Origin: Lingula anatina | Taxonomy: Eukaryota; Animalia; Brachiopoda | Direction: 5' to 3' | Assembly (NCBI GenBank): GCA_051362555.1 | Contig: CM120645.1 | Location: 21,266,001 to 21,330,000, forward strand | Length of the DNA: 64,000 nt | In this document: in pieces, positions 40,901-50,754 of the stretch | Layout: each line of letters opens with the position of its first letter | How positions within the stretch are numbered: position 1 is the first letter of the stretch | Notes under the pieces: model-generated | Database searches by the model: none | The model's input: the letters and a program-made list of their open reading frames with translations, nothing else | Told to the model about the DNA's origin: nothing | Position numbers and translations under genes: made by a program

Positions 40901-43721
40901 GTTTATTTTTATACCATTTTACATTCATAATCAGTTTTTGGCAAGTAGAAGCGATGCGTAGAAAACAATTTATATCATACCAATACCCACCTCTGCCAAC
41001 TTCTTCTCAAACCCATACACCTCTTCTGAAAACAAGGATGCGTTTTCTTGTGATGCGCCCATTAAGATCGCAGTCGTCTGAAGAAACTGCTTATACGCCC
41101 TGATGTATTTACTTTCGGTTTCGTTTTCAAAATAAAAGTTCCGGTTCGGAAGACCTAATCCTCCTTGGTGTATCTTAATAAACAGATATAATTTTTTTAT
41201 AAGTTATGACAATTGAGACTCCCATCACAGTGTTCAAATAACAGTAACTAATGAAGATATTATCCCCAAAAAATAACCAAAAAATAAAAGTGTGTACAAG
41301 TACACACCATTATACCTTATATATGAAATATTGATGAATATAGACCGAAGATAATACAGTAACAATATTCGTAAAAAGATCCAAAACCATACAATGGTTA
41401 ATTATTAATTGCTCAATGCCACATGCTTCTAGAATATCTTACTTTCAAAATGTTCACGTTTGGCTCTTGGTCGTCGGCACGGACTTCCACCTCGAAGAGT
41501 TGGTTCGTCAGACCGGTGAAGCGTGTTTGTATCTGGACCATAGCCTCGGTGATGTCCCAGCTTGGCTCATGCCACGACCCTTTAGATAATAATGAATATT
41601 GCATTTTTCAAATCATTCGGCAATAGAACAATTTTACAAGTTTTCATTTGTACGGCGAAACAAACCTCTATATAATATATTATACAATATATTGTACGTT
41701 ATTGATTTATGATGGGCTGAAGGTAACCAAAAAGTCAATACCAATTTTCGGAAAAAGTTTCTATGTAAAACCGGGCCCTTCGCTATTTGATATAATCATT
41801 TTCCGCTACACCAAGCTTAGAGGAAGGAGCTGCCAACGTGGTATCTCACAAATATCTGTGAGCAATTAATGAAGATGTAGTCAGGAATTCATTTTAGCAA
41901 CACGCAATTACCCAAACAACAACACTGCATTTTACGATCAACGCATTGCTTTGGGGAGTGCGCTGCTTCGTTGTAATGCATACGACGTGCGCACTACGTA
42001 CCCTGGCTTTCCTTAGATGTGACCTTCATCTATTTATAAATACTAAAATCCGTCACCTCTATGTAGCAGTTCAGTGGTGGTTACCTTCGCCTAGGGCTTT
42101 CCAACCCCCAATTTCCTGAATTTTGTCCAACATAGGTTGAGGTCCTAGCTTATCTCTGCCCGCAGTGTCTATGCAGCTGAGGTAGAAGTTCTTCAGTTTT
42201 CGTTCAAAGGAAAGCGGCTGATTTCGTTGTACCGGTTTCTCGAGGAGCACTTTCAGTTTATTTTTTATTTCTATCAGCATTTTACTCATCAGAAACCACC
42301 TTGATGAATATTGACAGGAAATTAAAGAAACAGATATAAGTAAATAGCATGTTAGAAATAAATAAATAGATGTAAAATAAATAAATAAATAAATATATAA
42401 AAAGCGAGAAAGAAACGATCGAAGAAATTGACAAAAAGTAAATATACGAAAAGAAAACGACTGGGAATTTAAAAATCGCAAACTTAAATTCTGGAGCATA
42501 TCGGGCGCAGACGACAAGCACGAAGACGGTGAGGGGCGGTATTTATATAATCCAGCCTTCATATTCATATGCTTTCGTGAGCGATGACATTTAAGTCTAT
42601 GAATCCAATACTAACGTTAACAATTTTTCATAATAATATAGCATAGTAATAACTGCCTTTGGCACGAAAGACGCACCTTAATACACAGGGATCGGTTGAA
42701 ATATTTAGATTTAACCTCAGATAGAAAAGTCTGGTCTATACTAAATCAGGATAACTTCGTTTGAGGAGCTAGGTCTTATACAGATGCCGTTTTTTTCATG
42801 ACACTAAATGAACTTCTTGTCTTGGGTCAGAGATGACTGAAATTTCTATGTTAGGTATAGATCAGCTAGGGTCGTGAAATATTTTGTGGAGTAGGTCCCG
42901 TAAACTTTGATAGGAAGTTTGCGTTTACTTTGATAGTGTTCTTTCATAAGCAAATGCGTTTTTTCAGTGGGATCAATAAGATCCAAGAAAAAATTATTTT
43001 GCATTTTGTTTTTTGTTCTCAATAGGCACCAAGTCACTACTGCTGCTATAATGGACAATACCCAGAAACCCAATTCCTTAACAAACTAGTGCAGAATGAC
43101 AAACGTCTGTGTAAAAGAGGAACTTAGTGATATTTCTTATGACAGCGTCTGCTCGTTTACCCGAGCATCTTGCAAGGGTTTTCTATGAATTTTTAAGTGT
43201 TTGGGAAAGGAAAATGCCTTCACGTCACTATGAGGGAGCCTGAATAGCTAAACGCAATTTTTGGTCTTAAAATTAACGCAAACTTTTGATTTACGTTTAT
43301 GGTGTAACACCTCCAAGGCACCTTTAGTTGTAACGTACTAGTACCTTGATTGTGTAGGAGGACGAGGATTTTTCTTCATCCATCCCTCACAGGCAAAACG
43401 ATATAAGTCCTCACATGGATCGACGGAGGTGTTAATGGAAGATAAGACGGCAGAGGCTGCCTGAAGACAGCCGAGGTCTGCACAAGTGGTGTCGTTAACC
43501 GCAGCTTTTGACCATGCTTTTGGTAGGATGTCAACTATGCCCAAAATTGAGAGCACAAATACGACTACAATGCCTACGATGATGAGTACACTTAGTATCA
43601 GAAGGGCTAAGAGACATTTCTCTTTTCCAGTCCACCCTTGCTTCTTTTTCTCGGTCTTCGACAGCTGAGTTTTGCTTGAAAAGTCCATGTCCATTTCAAT
43701 GTCGGGTGAGGTGTCCGCCAT
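9628..43721 (-). CDS. M13 family zinc metallopeptidase (neprilysin/ECE-like), copy A; 19 coding exons, 759 aa; last intron about 19.4 kb
   Basis: Exons: 43721-43345, 42299-42085, 41579-41443, 41173-40991, 40629-40537, 40173-40052, 39853-39750, 39286-39168, 38886-38788, 34867-34787, 34438-34332, 33785-33727, 32225-32174, 31903-31836, 31067-30943, 30616-30551, 29914-29819, 29204-29128, 9727-9628. Every exon has the same length as in copy B. Motifs [27 protein letters not shown]. Confidence 0.92.
10201..10250 (+). repeat. Poly(A) tract, 50 nt
   Basis: Directly visible. Confidence 0.98.
11338..11545 (-). mobile_element. LINE (non-LTR) reverse transcriptase fragment
   Basis: Minus-strand translation LIIELNKYKEGISINERLNLTGLLYADDLVIISDSTEKLNSRLAVADWLCNKWRMLINYKKTKC contains the YADD catalytic motif and the downstream W-x-M-x-I-N-x-x-K-T-K signature. 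Confidence 0.85.
11554..11768. mobile_element. PIF/Harbinger-like MITE (family also at 54258-54472 and about 5683-5890)
   Basis: Imperfect TIRs, TTA TSD; reverse-complement copy at 54258-54472. Confidence 0.8.
11786..12328. mobile_element. Young MITE with about 150-bp near-perfect TIRs
   Basis: AGCGCATTCTCAACGAAGTAAGCC... arms, flanked by CATAG on both sides. Confidence 0.85.
12813..12971 (+). mobile_element. Short insertion with 10-bp TSD containing a degenerate minimal hammerhead-like motif (Penelope-like remnant)
   Basis: TCTCTCAGAC flanks at 12803-12812 and 12972-12981; 22-bp inverted repeat at 12853-12874 / 12948-12969; CTGATGA-A-GTCTG-loop-CAGAC-GGAATATTC core. Confidence 0.5.
13023..13723. 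mobile_element. Internal inverted-repeat (foldback/MITE-like) segment within the Pack-TIR element
   Basis: 13023-13160 is the imperfect reverse complement of 13583-13723. There is an internal direct duplication at 13405-13495 / 13500-13590. Confidence 0.7.
13730..14057 (+). repeat. About 7 diverged copies of the same 45-bp unit outside the CDS, inside a TIR element
   Basis: Translates HTIEGGMHVDITQESPTVEGGMH...; same unit as 14464-15183. Confidence 0.93.
14134..14139 (+). promoter_or_regulatory. Candidate TATA box of the nested SMB-domain gene
   Basis: TATAAA lies 45 bp upstream of ATG 14179 and 141 bp upstream of ATG 14275. Confidence 0.35.
14275..18138 (+). CDS. Secreted or possibly GPI-anchored protein with mucin-like 15-aa repeat stalk, somatomedin-B-like motif and Cys-rich ectodomain; 3 exons, about 874 aa; nested antisense in the neprilysin A last intron
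   Basis: Exons 14275-16204 (donor GTGAGT, phase 1), 17273-17373 (ttttttcag / GTAAGT, phase 0) and 17545-18138 (tttttcag; TAA). Signal-like MLIIHLTLCALLINQ (alternative in-frame ATG at 14179). SMB-type CNCDPLCVLYGDCC; FRNKYCAACN and YKNFHCMLC motifs; hydrophobic C-terminus VALLMLMAMVATVC. Confidence 0.85.
14464..15183 (+). repeat. Coding minisatellite, 16 x 45 bp (TQESPTTEGGMHVDV consensus)
   Basis: Directly visible. Central units alternate TIHVDV/GIHVEV, forming a 90-bp higher-order repeat. Confidence 0.97.
19580..20830. repeat. Three spaced copies of a 130-160-bp element (19580-19740, 20140-20296, 20704-20830)
   Basis: Shared TCGCGTTTAA(C/T)AATAG...CCTCTTTAA...TGTCAG motif at about 560-bp periodicity. 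Confidence 0.75.
20972..21336. repeat. Tandem duplication of about 180 bp
   Basis: Two near-identical adjacent copies GGATTTTTAAAGGAGTTGCC...GGCATACCTTGATG. Confidence 0.92.
22345..24340. repeat. Nested tandem repeat: three diverged units of about 500-540 bp, the middle one containing 6 x 84-bp near-identical subrepeats (about 22985-23490)
   Basis: ATATTTATACGGATTTATGG recurs at 23041, 23125, 23209, 23293, 23377 and 23461; large units start at ATCATTCATAGT motifs. Confidence 0.92.
25155..27856. mobile_element. Non-autonomous Academ-like DNA transposon with long imperfect TIRs and internal subrepeats
   Basis: TAGTCCAGTGGCTTAAGG ... CCTTAAGCCACCGGACTA termini; 3-bp TSD TTG; several hundred bp of inverted homology; repeated AAAATCCAAGATGGC motif that switches orientation mid-element. 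TAG termini with a 3-bp TSD match Academ. Confidence 0.8.
28581..28748. mobile_element. MITE with CAGGGGCGGAT TIRs
   Basis: 6-bp TSD GGTAAT; inverted copy at 45538-45706. Confidence 0.88.
33035..33722. mobile_element. PIF/Harbinger-like MITE with duplicated left end, in intron 12 of neprilysin A
   Basis: GCCCCTATTTCACACAGACCACG TIRs (left end present at both 33035 and 33204); TTA TSD; absent from copy B. Confidence 0.85.
35759..36008. mobile_element. MITE (CAGAGGCGGAT...ATCCGCCACTG) nested in the Academ-like element
   Basis: Short TIRs; flanks GATGAG / GGTGAG. Confidence 0.7.
36640..37610 (+). pseudogene. Degenerate Tc1/mariner transposase
   Basis: Fragments KQTAIARQLNVS (HTH), RPGRP, FTDEAGF, ISVWAGF and LQDDNA, with many stops and frameshifts. 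Confidence 0.85.
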
Positions 43722-43859
43722 CTTGACCCAGGTATCTAGTAATACGACGGCGTATTTCCCGTTCAAACTGTCTGCTACTTTAACATGAACATAATGAACA
43801 TACCCCTGTGGTGATAACGCATGACTCGTCAATTCACTGCACGGCAGTTGATGACAAGT

Positions 43860-43995
43860 GCAAAGAATGCTTTTTATATTAGGTAAGTGGATCGTCGCTG
43901 TCCGCAGGTAGCATACAAATAGTTAAGCAACATTTTTTTTACGTTGGGCGGGTCAACATAGCCAAAATAATAGTGGGATTTTGACAGCTTGGGTA
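43860..43995 (-). promoter_or_regulatory. Upstream blocks conserved between neprilysin paralogs (TATA-like and a second block; counterparts at 56230-56350)
   Basis: TGCAAAGAATGCTTTTTAT is identical in both copies and reads (T/C)ATAAAAAG on the minus strand, about 150 bp before the ATG. AGCCAAAAT.ATAGTGG.ATTTTGACAGC is also shared. Confidence 0.5.
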
Positions 43996-45310
43996 AATGT
44001 ATTGCCTTGGAAGTATCAATACTTTTCCTTGTTTACTAAGGCACAACAATACCTATAAATGAAACTGACTTATAAAAACGAGAATTACTGGGGTACACAT
44101 AGTAAAATGATATTTCGGCAATAACGGCTCCAAGGCATGACGTACGAATACCAGCTTCATATTCACTGTGGCGAATTAGCAAGACCTGCAATTTACTGGA
44201 CAGAACAACAACTAAGAAATTTGTACATTTATTACCTCCAGATTCGAAAACTGTAATAGTGTCTTTTTTGGTCTAAAGCAAAATCAATTAAACAAACTAC
44301 AACAAATCTAACAATATATGCAGCCAGGCTAGTTACGAAAATGAAATGAGATAGTCCGAAACACATCGAAAGCCCTTCGAGGCTGTCAGTAGGCCAGAGA
44401 ATATTATTAAATGATAATGTAGTATTCATAAAACTGCCATAGAAAAGAAGGCGCAGTGCATTTGAAAACTTATTTAACCACAGCAGGAGGGTCCCATGTT
44501 CTACATCGTTTTCGGTTATTAACACACTAGTTTTACTGTTTTCTATCTTCACTCTTTTGAATTAATCTTAATCATAATAAGTAACTAAAAGAATAATAAA
44601 TTTCAACTTTTTACTAGCAATGTGTAATATCCGCCTCTTAAATTATAAGGCGCACTGAGTTTTAAATGGAATGCGCCACGTTGGCATAATAATAATAGTA
44701 ATAATAATGATAATAATAAATATATGAGGAGAGGTATAGAACAGGTTGCACTGAGGCTCTAACCCTTCGCAACATCGTCTCTGTTGTCCATAAATATCGA
44801 TATTTTACAAAAATCATGAAATTTTACAAATTACAAAATGTGTATGGAACGTATGACTAAATTTCCACAAGAACTGGCTATATTATGTGTCCAATTTCAA
44901 AGGCCAGCCCATTTCTAGGCTATGCGTTCGTGTGGTTATATATGCATCCATGGTACCCTTTACCAGGGTGGCAGATTATATAGGGAAAAACGAAAAAATC
45001 CAGACCAAAATAACTGTCTATTTATCTAGAGACATATCTGTCGCCCTGGTAGAGGATACATCTATGGCATACTTCAAGATATGCCTCTTTTTCAACAGCT
45101 CATTTAGAAACCAGTTCAGATTTTTTTCTTTGCAACAAATGACCTCTAAGGCTTCTTTAATGCAATCATTTTTTCGAATCAAAGATTAATTTTTTTTATC
45201 TTCGCAATGTCTCTCTTTTTTTCAATGGAAAAAACAAAAAATTGAAACTTTGACTTCTGTTGGTCTGAGTAAGTGCCTGTGGTGGTGTAGTCTCCCAGGG
45301 TGGTTTGTTT

Positions 45311-48300
45311 TCACCACACATTACACTTATTTAGGGGGTTCATGTTGGATCCTGGGGGACACCTGAACGTCTCTGAAAACACCTGTACCTGGGATAAAGC
45401 ACCATTAGTCCTGGAATAAAAAATAATTAAAAGGAAAAAATTCTTAAGCAAATATTATTACTGAAAATGTCAACACTTATCTTTTACACACCTATCCAGT
45501 TTCAGAGGACGCCGGGAATTCACCCCTCTACAGCTGTCAGGGGCGGATTTAGGCCGTCTTCTGGGTCTTCCGGAAGACGGTCAGATTTTCAAGTTTACAT
45601 TGGCGGGTATCTATTTTTTTCTGTCGAAAGACGGTCAAAAAATGGAAGATGGATCAACAAATATTATATGGAAGACTGTCAGAAAATATCTCTGGATCCG
45701 CCCCTGGCTATCTCTTACCAGCACTTGATTGTAAAGCAGCTATTTTCTAGTGTTCTCTTTAATTATGCAGATCATTTCCAAAATCCTTCACAGAGCTACT
45801 ACCCATGTATCCGTTTTTTTATTTCTTTTTTATTTTCATTGTAGTACCGTTGGATTCCTGTCGTGACGGTAAAAAAATCAGAAATTAAGAACTCGAAAAC
45901 GGGATATACCTGATTTAGCAAAAATGGAAAATAGCTGAGATATCAAGTAAATCAATTTGTTTGATTGAGCATTAACTTGACTGACAAAAGACTGGAAAGT
46001 GACGTAATAGCCCGCTTCCCATTCATCTGTACAGGAAAGCCTCGCCCAAGATTTCGACCCACTTATAGGTCAGGCTAACCGTAACTATGATAACTAATGG
46101 AGGGCTGAATTACTTTTACACGCGGACCCTCAGTTTTGTTACTACGGTGTGCACGCTTACCAGGCCCGTAGCCAGCAAATTTAAAAGGGGGGTTCTTTTT
46201 CTGAAAAAGTGGACCTTTTTCCATAAAAACTTCATGAACCTAGATCAAATATTACCCAGAGTGGACCTTTTTCCAGAAAAAGGGGCGGTTCTTTCGAACC
46301 CCCCGAACCCCCCTGGCTACGGGCCTGCTTACCTCACTTGGTGTGGAGAGTGTGGGCCTGTCAGTATCTGTCTCTTCAACATCTCAAGGCTTACGTGTCC
46401 ACAGCTCTTCTACAGAATGAAATCGAATTTAACGGCTTTCAAAATGTTTTGTTTTGTAGTTTCACAATTTAGAATTACCACAAGTTAACAGAAGCAAACA
46501 ACTGGTGGTGAATTATTAAAATGACTTCGGTCACATGACGATACTTACAAATAAGAAACGTAATATTTCAAATCCTGAAAATCACGTGTTTAATAGTAAA
46601 ATTTAATAAATAAAAACATGTTTTGCTGTTATACATGAAAAACATTTGCAAACTATAAAAAGTAAGAATGACCAATGTTTTAGATCGATAATTTCTTTAT
46701 ACTAGAGGACTACAATTATTTTTAATTGGAAGTAGACTAAAAATTTCAGACTTTGTGTTATGACAAGTTTTTGGCTTAGTTTAGTGGACCTTGTCCTTTA
46801 GTGGACGCATTCTTACTTGAGCTGCTGCAATAAGAGTGAGTTCTTCCACTGATCTCTTGGTTCCTGGGAGAGTGCCCTCTTTACTGTGGTCGGCGACCCA
46901 TAACTCGTATCCCTGGATGCACAAAATATCATAATGTAAACGTTTGATGTTAGCAATAAATAAATTTTTAAAATTTAAATATTAAAATAGTAATATTGTG
47001 ATGATAATAATAATAATACTAACAATAAGTATAATCAGTAAACCACTACAACTACTACGCGAAGGGCATCTTTCTTGTTTGGATAAATATCTTTGTAGAG
47101 ATAGTACCCTCCCACCCCGGGCGCTCAAACAAACTAACAAACAAACATATATTAACTTAAAATTTTTAGTCTACTTCCAATTAAAAATAATTGTAGTCCT
47201 CTAGCATAAAGAAATTATCGATCTAAAACATTGGTCATTCTTACTTTTTATAGTTTGCAAATGTTTTTCATGTATAACAGCAAAACATGTTTTTATTTAT
47301 TGAATTTTACTATTAAACACGTGATTTTCAGGATTTGAAACAAACATATATTAACTTAGCAGAACAATTTGAACTGGTGTGACAGGAATGGTAGTCCGTC
47401 AGGAACCGTTGTCCTTTCCCCATCACTTTGTACAGGTATTCGCTCCAATATACCATTACTAACCCCAATACTCTAACCCTAGCTTGTAATTATCATATGG
47501 GACACCCGACTTCCATTCCTAGGACTGCCATTCCTGCCACACCTGTGCAAGCTGATCCACTTATAAGTATATCGCACGACGGGAAAAAAATTAAATAATA
47601 CAGTGCAATAGGTAACATCGACTGGGCTGGGCACATTACAACCATGAAATGATGAATTTGTATTGGGCATACGTGCCTCTTTCACTAATTTCAAACCTCC
47701 GATATCTGCCATATTTTCTGTTAGGGTTAACTGTCCATTCACCTATATGGAACAAGAGAAAAATAAATAACTAAATGAAAGGTGATAAATTTCAATGAGA
47801 ATAATTGCTTTTCATTTCATAAATATCCTAAGAACAAAAGATGACATAAAATAGTAATCCTGACAAATAAACATATCATAATTCCATTTGGTGCCACATC
47901 TTTACTCTTGGAATACTTGTACTTCATATAAATAAATAAATAAATAAATACATAACAAAACAGCTATTTACATACTGTCTACAAATTCATTATTTAAAAC
48001 ATACACTTGCACAAGAATTGAAATTGCAGTGATTGCACCAAACAAGTTTACTGACCTGCATCCCGGACAATTTGTAAGTAGAATAGTAGTCAGCGACGCA
48101 CGAGGCGTCTGTCTGAAACTGCGTCCAGGAGGCGTTTGACCACCAATTTTCCAGCTTTCCGTCTTTGTCATACCGCGATCCTTAAAAATTATATTAAATA
48201 ACTACTAAGATTATAACAAATAAACTTTAAAGAAACAAATGAATAAATATGCAAAGGATCAAAGTTTTAAAGTAGAAATGTTTATTTAAGTACATTTTTG

Positions 48301-50709
48301 CAAAAAGCAATTTTACCCAAAACGTGATCTACCATATCGTTATTATAACGTTACCATAACATTAATTTTACCTAAAAACGGTATGGTCACGTTAAGGTAA
48401 CGTTATAAAACGTTCTGTGTTTGCCGGGCAATTGCAACTATGACGACCAACCTAGTCCTGCTACGGAACTTTCTAATCGAATATAATAACATATTTCAAT
48501 CACAACTAGCTTAAGTGAACATACCACCGGTGTCGAAACCGTGCGTGATCTCATGGCCTATCACGTGACCGATAGTGGCGTAGTTAATGTACCTGGATGT
48601 GTGACATGTAAAACAAGGTTTAACCTATTCTGCAATTTAGACACTATATTTCCTGGTTTTGAAATCTAGCACATCCGTAATTTAATTTAGGCTTACATTA
48701 TACTTTTTCAATAACACAAATTCATTATAAAGTTACAACAGTAGTAATGTTCATGCTTTATTAGTTTAAATTAATGCCAATCAAGTTAACAGAAAAGTAA
48801 GCATAAACAATAAAAATGTACATACTTTGGGTAATGGATATTAAAAAATGGTGGCTGCAGAATCCCGGCTAAGAATACTGAAATATGTAAATAATGACTT
48901 CAGAAACCAAAGGATATAATGTGCCTGTTCTTGAAAATAAAGAGAATTTCACAAAAATAGTAGTAAACAGTTTTCTCAAAACGATAGCGTAAATGATAAA
49001 AACATTTTCAGAAACAGACAACTTGATTAAGCAACTCAATCTTGATTAAAAACACTTAGCGCAGCCAGAAGGTTTGTTTATGAGTTAAAAAAAAAAAACT
49101 CATGAAAAAAAAAAAAAAAAAAAAACTAATAAAATACCATCCCAGTTTTTAATTATAATTTTGCATTTTTGTCGTCATGACAATTAATCACCTTTCTTTT
49201 TTTTCAAAAGTGACTAAAAGATGGCCCTAAAAAGGGGTGGTAGTTTTGATATTTCCATTAAAATGCCATACAAAGTTGTAAAGTTTGTGTGTCTTGAAAA
49301 TAAACAGATGCATGTATCTTACTCATCTCGTTGTTAGTTCGGTCGTAGAAAGCGTTGACTTGATGGGGTGGGAACTTCCATCTGAAACGAAAATATGACA
49401 TGAAAATAAACTATAGCCTTTGAGAATCTACTGCAAATGGGAAATTTCAAGTTGACAACAGACTGAATGTCAACTATGCCGTAAATTAATAAAGCTATTA
49501 AACAAAAACACATGCCTTAAATTGCTTTCTTCAATCTTAGTCGAATCTGTGTAGATTCTAGCAAATGTATGCAACTAAAATATTTGCAGTAAAACTGAAA
49601 CATTGATTACATACTCTTTTTTATCAACTGGTTTGGACAGTTTTTCCCGTAGCCTCTGTCGCTCCCACTCAGCAACGTTTTGTATGGTACTGAACAAACA
49701 ATTCGAGCAGTTGATTTTCAGCTGGAAAAGGGAAAGGCAAGTACACATGCAACTGTGTGATGTTTTAGGGCATATGTAGTATTTCCTTAAAATTTACACC
49801 ATGCAGCATCTGTAAAACTCACGTTACCAGTATTATAGATATTTTATATCAATTATCAATCGTTCTCGAATATTTTGGAATTAAGAGTGCTGACTGATGA
49901 ATGCATGTTTACTGGCTAAAAACAACAAAAAATTCATTTCCATCCGCGATGAAAAGTGTTAACATTATCTAAAAGCCCAAAACGATTTATACAAATTAGA
50001 GTGTCAGCTCCTTGTCTGCCATGGGCATTCACATGTCCGCTGAAGTCAAGTCCGTGCATGCGCATGCGCGAGTGTTTTAAAGGAGAGAAAAAAAACAGCA
50101 TGCCTTACGTTTCTGTGTATGTTGTCCATGTGCGTATCATTGAGCATGTAGTCTGGAAACCCAATTTTTTCATACTTCATTGCATCTAGCTGAAAATGTA
50201 CATTTCCATTTTTTATTTCAGTTCACTGCTGGAGGGTTGATCCACGAAAATTCTGATATTTTGGGCCCTGCCAACACTGCTATATTGGATCTGCGCAAAG
50301 TCGACTTTGCAAGATAAATCTAAGAGTTTTTTTTAGAATGATTGCCCCAGTAAATGTATATCACACACTTTAATGAGCTACAGTTCACTAATTTCAGTAA
50401 AAATCTTCGTCTTTACAAACACAGCTTGCTCGTCAGACTTATAGTGAAATTACCGGGAAGGTGGAGGAAGGTGATCTTTAAGATCTCTAGTGGAAGGCCG
50501 TGTCGTCGACTCAGTCTTACTAGAGTAAGATTTTGGTAAATAATAATTTCTTTACTAGTGTCCAGTAAGTTCTTGCTTGTTTTCATCACATAAAATTATT
50601 TATTTAGGCAATTTTTTTAAAACATCTTTATTCTCAAGAGGGTTAAATATTGATACAGTATAAATAAAGGTGGCAATTCGCCTAGGCATTATATGCTCAC
50701 CTTTGAAAT

Positions 50710-50754
<45 letters not shown>

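Noticed and set aside
43722-43832. N-terminal extension of neprilysin A in the ORF track
   Set aside because: It uses a non-ATG start and is not open in copy B, which has an in-frame stop upstream of its ATG.
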